DNA from: Methanobacteriota archaeon
Lineage (GTDB): Archaea > Thermoplasmatota > Poseidoniia > Poseidoniales > Poseidoniaceae
DNA length: 63,898 nucleotides
Assembly (NCBI GenBank): GCA_002729095.1
Contig: PBWC01000058.1
Location: forward strand, 30,931 to 94,828
Direction of reading: 5' to 3'
The notes below the pieces were generated by a model. That model was not told where the DNA came from and did no database searches. It saw only the letters and a program-made list of their open reading frames with translations. How positions within the stretch are numbered: position 1 is the stretch's first letter; each line of letters begins with the position of its first letter. Below are positions 8,573 to 17,941 of this stretch, in pieces. A program made the position numbers and the translations under genes.

Positions 8573-9271
8573 ATGGCGAAGAAGAAAGGTCGAATCGGTC
8601 GAATCTTTGGAGCCATAACGGGTAGTCCTTACGAACGACTGATTAAACAAGTAGACAAATTAGTTGACACTAATGAAAGTGAGAGAGTTTTAGCTAGAAA
8701 TCTAGTCAAATTAGTTAAAATAACAGGTCAAAGCTTCGAGGAAGAGAAAATCGATGAGGAAGAGCACGATTTAATCATTGAAGCAATTGAAGATGTCGAC
8801 CCTCAAAACCGCATCTTCGGAAAGGTATCAAAAGATGAAGATTCTTTCTACATGGGTGATAGCCCTGAGGCTCCAGAACTTAACTTGGGTAAGAGGCAGA
8901 ATTTGGACCAATTGATGAAATCTAAAGGTAATGAGTTTACAGGAAGCTATGGAAGAGATGAATTCCGAGAGTTTCGTGAAAAAATGACTCAAGAGTTTTT
9001 GGAAGAATCCGATCAAGCAGTGAGAGATGGCGACCATTCAGCAAATCTAGGAGCAGTTAACCGAGTTTTCGTAGATGCAGATGAAGACGTTAGGAATCTT
9101 AAGAAATCTATTTCAGAAGAAACTGGAATGGAGGACCCCAATGCCGAAGAAGAACTACCCGAAGGATATTCTATCGACGAAGATGGGACAGAATGGTTTG
9201 AAGATGAAGATGGCTATTGGTGGTACCGACTTGAGGGTGAAGAGGATTGGGAACCTCACGACGATGATTGA
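8573..9271 (+). CDS. Highly acidic cytoplasmic hypothetical protein with a Trp-rich WW-like C-terminus
   Basis: 232-aa ORF with a basic N-terminus (MAKKKGRIGR), a long acidic body and the C-terminus LPEGYSIDEDGTEWFEDEDGYWWYRLEGEEDWEP. Confidence 0.6.
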   Translation: MAKKKGRIGRIFGAITGSPYERLIKQVDKLVDTNESERVLARNLVKLVKITGQSFEEEKIDEEEHDLIIEAIEDVDPQNRIFGKVSKDEDSFYMGDSPEAPELNLGKRQNLDQLMKSKGNEFTGSYGRDEFREFREKMTQEFLEESDQAVRDGDHSANLGAVNRVFVDADEDVRNLKKSISEETGMEDPNAEEELPEGYSIDEDGTEWFEDEDGYWWYRLEGEEDWEPHDDD

Positions 9272-10179
9272 GTTTCTCTCATTGGTTTTTTGAACAATAC
9301 AACTGAGTAATTCCACAATATGTAAATAGTGATACCAATCAATAAGTTGTAGTGAATTAGCAGTGAAATAAGCCATATCAGTACATAGAATAATGATATT
9401 GCTAATGCAAGTATCATCATGATTATTGGTCCGTATTTAATTCTAGGATCGATAAATGAGTATACATAATATCCTCCTCCAAATAAGGCGAAAAGGTAAG
9501 CAAAGGTTGTGTATATAATTCCGATGACTAATCCAAATATAGCTAACTGCCAATCTAGATCAGGTTGAGACAAAACAACGTCAATTGAAATTAAAATCAC
9601 TGTCCAGTTATGCATTACCATTTCGTGCGTTTTGAAAAGGTGGTTATAGTCCCTGTCGGAATTAACCTCATTAGGAATTATGACATAAGTCACTACTGTT
9701 GCAGTTAGCATTGACATTCCAAGTGACATTGACAACAATATTCCAGAGGAAAAATGTAGAAACTTAGATGAATCCAAGTTAAATAAATCAAACCATCCCA
9801 ATGCTGAAACCGAGATGAAATAAAGCCCGAAGATTATTAGATTCCAGCTGCTAAACGGGACCATCCTTTCTAGACCCATGGTTTTATGATTTTTTATAAT
9901 TCTTTCATTATGAAATAACGGGTGCATATTACCACCTACTTTATCGAAAATCATTAACACAAAAATAGTATAGAATGCTAAAATTGTGCATGATGTTCTA
10001 AAGATTGTTAAAATTTCATCAGTAATAAATTGCGATTCAAGAGAGATAACACGATCATCCAAGATTGAAATAACATCAAATAAATTTATGAAAATTAAGC
10101 AAAAAATCGACATTATAATAACTAAACTATAGGTGATGAAATGTTGGTCTTTCTCACCATAGCCGAATATATCTGCCAT
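9256..10179 (-). CDS. Hypothetical polytopic membrane protein
   Basis: 307 aa, about 8 hydrophobic helices. No family confidently recognised. Confidence 0.6.
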   Translation of the reverse strand: MADIFGYGEKDQHFITYSLVIIMSIFCLIFINLFDVISILDDRVISLESQFITDEILTIFRTSCTILAFYTIFVLMIFDKVGGNMHPLFHNERIIKNHKTMGLERMVPFSSWNLIIFGLYFISVSALGWFDLFNLDSSKFLHFSSGILLSMSLGMSMLTATVVTYVIIPNEVNSDRDYNHLFKTHEMVMHNWTVILISIDVVLSQPDLDWQLAIFGLVIGIIYTTFAYLFALFGGGYYVYSFIDPRIKYGPIIMMILALAISLFYVLIWLISLLIHYNLLIGITIYILWNYSVVLFKKPMRETQSSS

Positions 10180-10310
10180 GATATATCCTAAACTAATTAG
10201 TTTATATGGTTGTATTTTTTACCTTAGCGAATAAATTATTCCTAATAATCATTGTAAAACTCTTAGGCATATAGCACATTACTATAAGCACTAAATTATG
10301 ACGTTAAATT

Positions 10311-13097
10311 GTGAGAAATCCATTTTTTTTACTGACTACCAAGAGTGTAGAGAAACCTGGTAAGACTCTTGTGATTGTCCTCATAGCATTATTTGCATTA
10401 TCATCAGGTGCTAGTCAGCTGGTGTTTGATAATAGTGAGGATGGATTTTTCCCGGACAATGAGACAGTGACATTGCTTAATGAAATCGAGGATGAATATC
10501 AAGCATCAGTAGATTTCATTCGAGTGATTGATGATTTGGACGAAGGAGAATTATTACTTGAAGATACTTGGAAACAACTGGCACTGAGCGAAGCAATGCT
10601 GCTCAATGATTCAAATTTCCTTGAATACCAATATCCTATTTTTGGTTCACAACCGAATTTTGGAATGGCTAGTTATGCGATTCAATGGCAGAATATACAA
10701 GATCCAGTCAATGCTCAATATTGGCTAAATCAATTAGAGGGGGCAATTGAACAGGTTAGAAATTCGAATGATTCAACATTCAATTCCTCTCTCGATAATC
10801 TAGAAGAAAAAGCCAAATTAATTCCAAAAATAGAGCCAGTAACAGCCCAAAGATTGCTTGAATGGCAACCTAGCCAGCCAGGACAGTGGTTACAAAGACT
10901 GGACGATGGAGTAAATCTAACAGAAGCATTAGATGAAACAATTTGGAAAACGTTTTCTCTTTTTGGATTTAATTCTCCAAAGAGCGCAGAACAAAAAGAA
11001 GTGATGGGAGAAAGACTGGAAAGTATGATCGGAGATCTATACGGTTTGAATGGACAGCAATCAATCGATTATAGGAGCATTATCTTATCTAACATACCTG
11101 TAGAAGAGCGCAATGATCCTTGGAACATGTCGGGCCCGGTTATTACTACCTTAGCAGTAAGTTCAGATCCGGTAGTCTACGGATACAAATCTAGTGAATT
11201 TGGTAAAGTAGAGAAATTGATTAATGATTGGTCAGAATCTCTTCGCGCAGATTTGAAACAAACCACCGGTGATGAAGAACTTAGAACATTTTCCTTTTCT
11301 CAGTTTGGTGTTGGCTCTACTGAAACTTTAGGCAAAGAAATTGGCATATTAACAGGGTCAGCATTTATGCTATTATCGATTATTTTGTGGTTTAATTTCC
11401 GTAGCGTAAGAGAAACAGCATACGTTATGGTATTGACAATTTTTGCCATAGCAGCAACCTATGGTCTTTCAGGTTGGTTACAATATTTTGGAATTAATAT
11501 GACATTCAATGCTGCGATGAACTCTATTCCAGTTTTATTATTAGCAATAGGCGTTGATTATGGTTTACACGTAGTATTGAGGATCAGAGAAGAATTGAAA
11601 GTAGCAGATTCAAAAGATAAAATTTCCAGAGAAACAATCCGTGACTTTTCAAGAGAAGCTAGAAATACCGCTATAAAAAGAGGAACAATCTTTACATCTA
11701 TCGCTTTATTGATCGCCATATTTACTGATATGGTTGGTTTCCTTTCGTTTAGATTTTCTGCATTATCCTTCCTGCAGGTATTTGGTACTGTTATTGCTAT
11801 TGGATTGTTTTTCATTTATCTTTTGAGTATCACTGCACTACCTGCGTTAATGACTCTAATTCCACCTAAAAAATTGAAATTAGATAAAGCGAGCAAGATA
11901 GAGGTAGGTCCAATTGCGAGAGGTTTAGGGACTCTTTCCACACAACCCCTGAAGGTTGGAGTGATTGCGGTATTATTGTTGATGCCAATGTACTTTGGTT
12001 TCCAGGAACTTGAGGTGGGATTTGAACAAAGAGAGCAGTTTGACCCCAGTATCGAGGTTGTGGCTGATTTCATAATGTTGTCAGATGATTTCCAAAGCAG
12101 CCGTTCACCGTTGTATATTGTCTACGATGGTGACATTATATCGAAGGACGGACGTGAGTCTTGGAATACTACTATGCAGGCCATTACCGCAAGTCCGGAT
12201 GTAAATGGAATTCCAAGTGGGCTTTGGAATGTTTTAGATGAATCGCGTATTCAAGAGCAATATCTTGATGAATTAATGAATGGAATCAACAACGATAATC
12301 AGAGTAGTTGGGATTCACTTAAAGAATGGTTGCTAAACAATCAAACAGGAAGAGATTTGAGCAGTAGTATTCTGCATTCTAACGGTCAACAGACATTAAT
12401 CTCGTTCCAAGCGAATACTCTCGATTGGCAGGCAACGGTTGATTTAGATGCCAGAATAAATGATTTACTTGAGAGCACTGAGTTGAATTTAACAGATGAA
12501 GGAGAATTAAGATTAAGCGGAAGAAGTTTGATTAATGCTCAAACCACTTCAGATGTTGCAGCCTCATCTATCCAATCAACTGCAATTGTTGCAATAGTAA
12601 TTTTAGCAATGCTAGTATCTATTCATAGCGTGAGGCAGAAAAATATTCAACAAGGTTTTGCAAGGGGATTTGTATCTTGGATTCCCTTGATGATGGTAGT
12701 TGGATGGGTATACGGGATTATGGGATTCACCGGATATCAGATTAATCCTCAAACAGTTACAATTGGCGCGCTATCTCTAGGTTTAGGTGTTGATTACGCT
12801 GTTCATTATACAGTTAGATTAGAAGAAGAAGTACAACATAATCCCTCTGCTGGACAGCAGGTTTGGGTTGAAAACACCTCTGCGACAACTGGCCGAGCAA
12901 TGTTTGGTGCAGCGTTAACTACAGCAGGTGGATTTGCGGTTCTTAACCTATCAGCGCTCTTACCGTTGAGATTGTTTGGTCAGGCATTTGTAGTGGCAAT
13001 AACTCTTGCATTACTTTCAAGTCTAATACTTCTACCAGCGTTTTATACGCCGTTTTTGAAGCGTGATTCGAAGAGATATTTAGGAGAGGAAGAGTAA
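10311..13097 (+). CDS. RND-superfamily exporter of the MMPL/HpnN-like type
   Basis: 928 aa with two TM bundles, each following a large soluble loop. Duplicated motif GVDYGLHVVLRIREE / GLGVDYAVHYTVRLEEE. Uses a GTG start. Confidence 0.85.
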   Translation: MRNPFFLLTTKSVEKPGKTLVIVLIALFALSSGASQLVFDNSEDGFFPDNETVTLLNEIEDEYQASVDFIRVIDDLDEGELLLEDTWKQLALSEAMLLNDSNFLEYQYPIFGSQPNFGMASYAIQWQNIQDPVNAQYWLNQLEGAIEQVRNSNDSTFNSSLDNLEEKAKLIPKIEPVTAQRLLEWQPSQPGQWLQRLDDGVNLTEALDETIWKTFSLFGFNSPKSAEQKEVMGERLESMIGDLYGLNGQQSIDYRSIILSNIPVEERNDPWNMSGPVITTLAVSSDPVVYGYKSSEFGKVEKLINDWSESLRADLKQTTGDEELRTFSFSQFGVGSTETLGKEIGILTGSAFMLLSIILWFNFRSVRETAYVMVLTIFAIAATYGLSGWLQYFGINMTFNAAMNSIPVLLLAIGVDYGLHVVLRIREELKVADSKDKISRETIRDFSREARNTAIKRGTIFTSIALLIAIFTDMVGFLSFRFSALSFLQVFGTVIAIGLFFIYLLSITALPALMTLIPPKKLKLDKASKIEVGPIARGLGTLSTQPLKVGVIAVLLLMPMYFGFQELEVGFEQREQFDPSIEVVADFIMLSDDFQSSRSPLYIVYDGDIISKDGRESWNTTMQAITASPDVNGIPSGLWNVLDESRIQEQYLDELMNGINNDNQSSWDSLKEWLLNNQTGRDLSSSILHSNGQQTLISFQANTLDWQATVDLDARINDLLESTELNLTDEGELRLSGRSLINAQTTSDVAASSIQSTAIVAIVILAMLVSIHSVRQKNIQQGFARGFVSWIPLMMVVGWVYGIMGFTGYQINPQTVTIGALSLGLGVDYAVHYTVRLEEEVQHNPSAGQQVWVENTSATTGRAMFGAALTTAGGFAVLNLSALLPLRLFGQAFVVAITLALLSSLILLPAFYTPFLKRDSKRYLGEEE

Positions 13098-13552
13098 TGG
13101 AAATAACAGAGATTATGTTTTGGATTTCATCGATATGGATTATACCTTTTTGGGGCTTAATGTGGTTTTTACCTAAACACGAAATAACAGCAAAAGCAAT
13201 GAGCGATATTCGAATTTGTATTCTGCCATTATTGATTCCATATACAATTTTAGTAATACCAAATTTACCTGATATCTTTATCACTTTAGGTAGCGAAATG
13301 CCAACACCACAATTGGTAATTGATTTCTTTCAAGATGATGATGTGATAATTATTGGTTGGTTACATTTCCTTGCATTTGATCTACTTGCTGGAAGATACA
13401 TCTGGAAAAGAATGGTCGATTTAGATAGACCGATCTATATATCGACACCAATACTAATTCTATCAATGATGGTTGCACCATTTGGATTCTTATTGGGATT
13501 ATTATCAACTTGGGAATCAAAAACTGATATTCTTGAAGCAAATCATGACTGA
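13097..13552 (+). CDS. DUF4281 (ABA4-like) small membrane protein
   Basis: 151 aa and 4 TM helices. The motif GWLHFLAFDLLAGRYIW resembles the conserved core of the ABA4-like family. Its ATG overlaps the RND stop (TAATG). Confidence 0.5.
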   Translation: MEITEIMFWISSIWIIPFWGLMWFLPKHEITAKAMSDIRICILPLLIPYTILVIPNLPDIFITLGSEMPTPQLVIDFFQDDDVIIIGWLHFLAFDLLAGRYIWKRMVDLDRPIYISTPILILSMMVAPFGFLLGLLSTWESKTDILEANHD

Positions 13553-13587
13553 CGAGATATTATATGCTCTAACATTCTAGTAACTTT

Positions 13588-16491
13588 ATGGATGGAAAAA
13601 CCTCCTTTTTGGCAGGACTATTAGTCGCAATTTTAATCAGTGGTGGTTTTTTCACAATTTTAATAAATACTGAAGAGAACGTTGATTCAGAAAATGATAA
13701 TTCAGATGAAATTAACACAGATACTCAGGTGAATTTAGCTCCAAAAATAATGATTGGTAACTATTCTAAAAACTGGGACGGCGAAAACGTCACTCTAAAT
13801 GGATTTGTAACCGATGAATCTGCTGTAACTTCCAAGGTTAGCGTTGAAATCTTTCACATTAACTTGTCAAAACTATTCGAAGTAAGCGATATTTCGGTCT
13901 CTTCAGAGGGAACTTGGGAGGCTGAAGTCCCATTTTCCGAACCTGGAAAATGGTATGTCAAATCATCAGTTACCGATGAATCTGGACAGAGAAGCGAATT
14001 ATCAGTTACCGAAATAAATATCATCGCTCCAAAAGAAGAGACTGTGAAAATTGCTTTCCTGTGGGATGAACCCTCAGATAATTCATCTATGGGATATTTG
14101 AGCGTAATCCTAATTCATCAATTCCCTGAAACATGTAGTGTTGAATATAGGCCAAAGTATCAAAGCCCAACACTAGATATTGTTGGAATAAAAAATGACT
14201 CTACCGGATATTACTCTATGGAAATGGATACAGATATTGTTAATGGAAATGGGACAATTTTTGCAACATGCGGATTGTTTTCTCCGTCCAATTCTATGAT
14301 TGAAGTTATATTACCAGTACCTCCTAAACCTGCTGGAGATTCGGATTCTGACGGAATATTAGATGATGAAGATTTATGCGACGAGACTCCAACTGGCGAA
14401 CCAGTTTACTCTACAGGATGCTCAGATTCTCAAATAGATGATGATTTAGACGGGGTTATGAACAGTGATGATCTCTGTCCAGACACTCCTAAAGGAGAAT
14501 CTGTTAACAACAATGGTTGCTCGAATTCACAATTAGATGATGACTCAGATGGAGTTGTGAATAGCCAAGATTATTGCCCAGGTACGCCAATTGGTGAATC
14601 AGTAAATCCATCTGGATGTTCTAGTTCTCAAATTGATAGTGATAATGACGGAGTATCTAATAATTTAGACCAGTGTCCGAATACTCCTTTTGGTGAACAA
14701 GTAGATGACGTTGGATGTTCGGACTCTCAGAAAGAAGAACCAGAACCAATTACACGTCCTAAGATCCTAGCTCTACATGGTGGTGGAGAAACAGCTAATG
14801 GCTTAAGGAATCAACAAGGAACCCAAGACTTGATGGATGCTTTACCTGGGTTCGACTTCATATTTGCTAGCACTCCTGAGAATAACAACGTCTGGATTAA
14901 AGATCCGCCAGGTGGCAAAGGAGAACCTACAACAGACCCTAATTGGGCAGATCTCTCAATATCATATCTTGACCAAATGGTTGAAGATAACGGTCCATTT
15001 TATGCAATTTTAGGTTACTCGCAAGGTGCTGCAATGATACCTGTATATCTAGCGAACACTGATAAAACATTCAATCGTGCTCTGATGTACAATGGATATC
15101 TTCCAACGACCCATGAAGGTTTGATAGATACTATAGATGCAGTAGCACCATTTGATATTCCTGCAATGGTATTTTCTGGTGAGAATGATGATGCATTCAA
15201 AGGCATGGCACCTGCCTTAGCAAATAAATTCAGTAATTCACTAGATGTTCATAGTAGTACAGCAGACCATCATCTACCTTATCAGAGCGATGCCACATTC
15301 GATACAATATTAGATTTCATCTTAGAAGGATTACAGACATTTGAGAAATCCGACTCATGGCTATGCCAAAATAGTCAAGGCCCATGGGTTAAAGATTTGA
15401 ATGGAGAAGGTAATTCTTACACTTCGAACAGCCGAGGTGCAGGCCAATCTGGCGGAGGTGGAGGCTCCGGACCATGGTTCCAATGCGATGTATCAGTTAC
15501 TACTAATTCGAATAACATGCTAGTAACTTCTAACGCAATTCCTAATCATAACTGGTTATCAGCATATGCTGCAAACGCAGATGAGCAAAATATGGATTGG
15601 ACAATCCCACTAAACCCAACCGAAGATACCTCTGGAGGCCATAATTCAGCAAATTGTCCAGCAGCCAATGGTGCATACGAGTGTGCTCCAGACAGAGGCG
15701 CAGTTGCGGTTGCGGTAAATGGAGTCCCTATATTTGGTCCTGAAGAAGGTCCAGGCGGCGATGCTGTTGCACTCGAATTCCTTTACTTTGATGAAGACCG
15801 ACAACCAATCGATCTCGGTTATTGCGGAGCCCATAATGGACCCGGTGGCGTACATTACCACTATGATGCAATGTGCCAATTTTGGGATGACCCGAACGGT
15901 GAAACAATAGTAAATTATGATTACACAGATCTCGATTCAACTCAACACTCTCCAATTATCGGATGGGCATTTGATGGTTATCCAATTTATGGAATGTATG
16001 GCTGGAACGATAATGGACAAGTAATTCCATTGAAATCATCTTATGAGGTTGAGAGAATTTCTGATGGAGGCGACCAAGGATATAATGGAATTGATGACTG
16101 GAATTATATTGCTGGTTTGGGCGATTTAGACCAATGCAATGGAAGATTTGGGGCAACACCAGAATTTCCTGAAGGAACATACTACTATGTTTCTACACCA
16201 CTCAGTGGCTCGTCAAAAACGGTTGTCGATACTGATGGCAATACAGTTCCAATGATAGGTTTCCCCTATTTCCTATTGTGCTATCATGGAGTTGCTGATA
16301 TGAGTAATGCTAACTCTGGCGGAGGTGGAGGAGGCCCAGGCGGTTTTTCTACTCAAGTAATTTATTCACATATGCCGGAGTTATTGAATGAAAATTCTGA
16401 TACTCCTAATCTGTTAGGAATATTTTGGGACATAACTTTGGTTTGGCTTGTCATCATTTCTCTAACACTCGTCAGAAGAAGAAAGAGTTGA
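13588..16491 (+). CDS. Surface-anchored multidomain protein: TSP3-like repeats, alpha/beta serine hydrolase (FSH1-like) domain, YHYH domain and a C-terminal TM helix
   Basis: N-terminal TM/signal, four D-x-D-x-DG-x-x-D-x-x-D-x-CP units, hydrolase segment ILALHGGGETA...GYSQGAAM, and YHYH-family motifs (GVHYHYD, GWAFDGYPIYG, YYYVST, FLLCYHG). The C-terminus is LVWLVIISLTLVRRRKS. Confidence 0.8.
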   Translation: MDGKTSFLAGLLVAILISGGFFTILINTEENVDSENDNSDEINTDTQVNLAPKIMIGNYSKNWDGENVTLNGFVTDESAVTSKVSVEIFHINLSKLFEVSDISVSSEGTWEAEVPFSEPGKWYVKSSVTDESGQRSELSVTEINIIAPKEETVKIAFLWDEPSDNSSMGYLSVILIHQFPETCSVEYRPKYQSPTLDIVGIKNDSTGYYSMEMDTDIVNGNGTIFATCGLFSPSNSMIEVILPVPPKPAGDSDSDGILDDEDLCDETPTGEPVYSTGCSDSQIDDDLDGVMNSDDLCPDTPKGESVNNNGCSNSQLDDDSDGVVNSQDYCPGTPIGESVNPSGCSSSQIDSDNDGVSNNLDQCPNTPFGEQVDDVGCSDSQKEEPEPITRPKILALHGGGETANGLRNQQGTQDLMDALPGFDFIFASTPENNNVWIKDPPGGKGEPTTDPNWADLSISYLDQMVEDNGPFYAILGYSQGAAMIPVYLANTDKTFNRALMYNGYLPTTHEGLIDTIDAVAPFDIPAMVFSGENDDAFKGMAPALANKFSNSLDVHSSTADHHLPYQSDATFDTILDFILEGLQTFEKSDSWLCQNSQGPWVKDLNGEGNSYTSNSRGAGQSGGGGGSGPWFQCDVSVTTNSNNMLVTSNAIPNHNWLSAYAANADEQNMDWTIPLNPTEDTSGGHNSANCPAANGAYECAPDRGAVAVAVNGVPIFGPEEGPGGDAVALEFLYFDEDRQPIDLGYCGAHNGPGGVHYHYDAMCQFWDDPNGETIVNYDYTDLDSTQHSPIIGWAFDGYPIYGMYGWNDNGQVIPLKSSYEVERISDGGDQGYNGIDDWNYIAGLGDLDQCNGRFGATPEFPEGTYYYVSTPLSGSSKTVVDTDGNTVPMIGFPYFLLCYHGVADMSNANSGGGGGGPGGFSTQVIYSHMPELLNENSDTPNLLGIFWDITLVWLVIISLTLVRRRKS
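14338..14730 (+). repeat. Thrombospondin type-3-like Ca-binding repeat array (4 units) within the CDS
   Basis: Repeating unit DSDSDGILDDEDLCDETPTGEPV..GCSDSQ, then DDDLDGVMNSDDLCPDTPKGESV, DDDSDGVVNSQDYCPGTPIGESV and DSDNDGVSNNLDQCPNTPFGEQV. Confidence 0.85.
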
Positions 16492-16495
16492 ACTC

Positions 16496-17140
16496 ATGAA
16501 ATTGAAATTTTCGCTATTTTGCATTATTTTAATGATTTTTAGTAGTGGTTGTCTTTCATCTATAGAAAAAGATATTTTTGCCGGTAAAGATATTAATTCA
16601 AACATTTCATTCTCTGAATTTAATTTGACTGACTCAAATGGAGATTATTTTAATTCACAAACCCTAGATGGGAAAATAGTGATTGTAAATTTTTTTTATA
16701 CTAATTGTCCTAACAACTGTCCAATTTTCACTGGTGATTTGAAACAAATTCACGATGAATTTGAATCAGACATTGGCACTAATATCAGCATTATTTCCAT
16801 CACAGTTGACCCTTGGAGAGATTCCTGGGAATTAATTAGTGATTACAAGGACTACTTCAACGCAACATGGCCACATTTATCTGTTGAATTTCTAAACGAC
16901 GAAAATCTTTCAGAGATTGAAAAAATATGGACTGATTTTGAAATTGGAATAGTTCTTACAGAATCCGAAAACAGTACAAGCATTAGCGGACGCGGTCATA
17001 CAGTATACTATTCAATTGATCATACTAATGGGATAGTAATTGTAGATAGCGACGGATATCAAAGAGTACGTTGGGATGATACTAATTGGGACATTGACGG
17101 AATTAAAACCGACATAACAAAATTGCTTAAAGAAAAATAA
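16496..17140 (+). CDS. SCO1/SenC-family thioredoxin-fold copper chaperone lipoprotein
   Basis: Lipobox-like FSSGCLSS, the motif FNLTDSNGDYFNSQTLDGKIVIVNFFYTNCPNNCP (CxxxC) and a downstream conserved His (GHTVYYSIDHTNGIVIVD). Starts 4 nt after the previous gene. Confidence 0.8.
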   Translation: MKLKFSLFCIILMIFSSGCLSSIEKDIFAGKDINSNISFSEFNLTDSNGDYFNSQTLDGKIVIVNFFYTNCPNNCPIFTGDLKQIHDEFESDIGTNISIISITVDPWRDSWELISDYKDYFNATWPHLSVEFLNDENLSEIEKIWTDFEIGIVLTESENSTSISGRGHTVYYSIDHTNGIVIVDSDGYQRVRWDDTNWDIDGIKTDITKLLKEK

Positions 17141-17157
17141 GCAAATCCCAAAATAAA

Positions 17158-17895
17158 TCAAAATGGATTTTCAGGTGATTTTTGTTCCCATACAGATTGT
17201 TCTGCAGGTTGCTGCATTGTTGTCTGAGGCTGAACGGGGGTTTGAGCAACTTGCTGATAGACAGGTTGTTGCATTGTAGTCTGCGTCATTTGTCCGCCCT
17301 GAACCATTTGGCCACCCATTGGCATAGCTCCACCTTGAATAATCACTTTCTGTTCATTATTTGCAAGTAAGCCGAGAATTAGTCCAAAGATTGTGACTAC
17401 ACCACCACAACATAGCAACATTGTACCGCCAAGACCTTGTAAGAATCCGCCGACTGCTTCGCCTAATTCTTCTCCAACAACTTCCCAGAGAGGGACTAAG
17501 TAAATTTGATGACTAGCATTAATTTCATGTTCTCCATTTGACACAAAAAATGTGCTTCCCATATCATGCCATCCTTCGGGGTCGTCTTCATGCCCCTTTG
17601 GTTTAGTACCATCTTCAGTACATTCATCAGGGTCATAAAACTCTTCATCGCCAGAAGTAGTATTGGTTATTGTTAGTTCAAATGAATCACATCTAACTGT
17701 ATCCCTAACCATTACTAGGTAATCTCCATCACCTTCGAAATTAAATGTTCCAGATTGACCGTTCCATACGCTCTTTTCCATGACATCCCATTCACCGGAA
17801 TCATCGATATTACTACCGCCGATTGCCATCATCACTCCGCCACCTACTGCGATTAGAATGCCGATTGCCATGAAAATTTTACCTACTGGGTGCAT
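17158..17895 (-). CDS. Hypothetical bitopic membrane protein with a Gln-rich C-terminal tail
   Basis: TM helix, acidic ectodomain, Gly-rich TM helix, then the tail GGQMVQGGQMTQTTMQQPVYQQVAQTPVQPQTTMQQPAEQ. Confidence 0.6.
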   Translation of the reverse strand: MHPVGKIFMAIGILIAVGGGVMMAIGGSNIDDSGEWDVMEKSVWNGQSGTFNFEGDGDYLVMVRDTVRCDSFELTITNTTSGDEEFYDPDECTEDGTKPKGHEDDPEGWHDMGSTFFVSNGEHEINASHQIYLVPLWEVVGEELGEAVGGFLQGLGGTMLLCCGGVVTIFGLILGLLANNEQKVIIQGGAMPMGGQMVQGGQMTQTTMQQPVYQQVAQTPVQPQTTMQQPAEQSVWEQKSPENPF

Positions 17896-17941
17896 AAACT
17901 CCCGTCGCTAGTATACCATATAATCCTGTCTAAATGACTGA

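Noticed and set aside
9256-10179. Possible AIG1/FAR-17a-like hydrolase assignment for the polytopic membrane protein
   Set aside because: There is only a vague resemblance in TM count and a His-containing helix (HEMVMHNWTV). I could not align the catalytic Thr/His confidently, so it is left as hypothetical.
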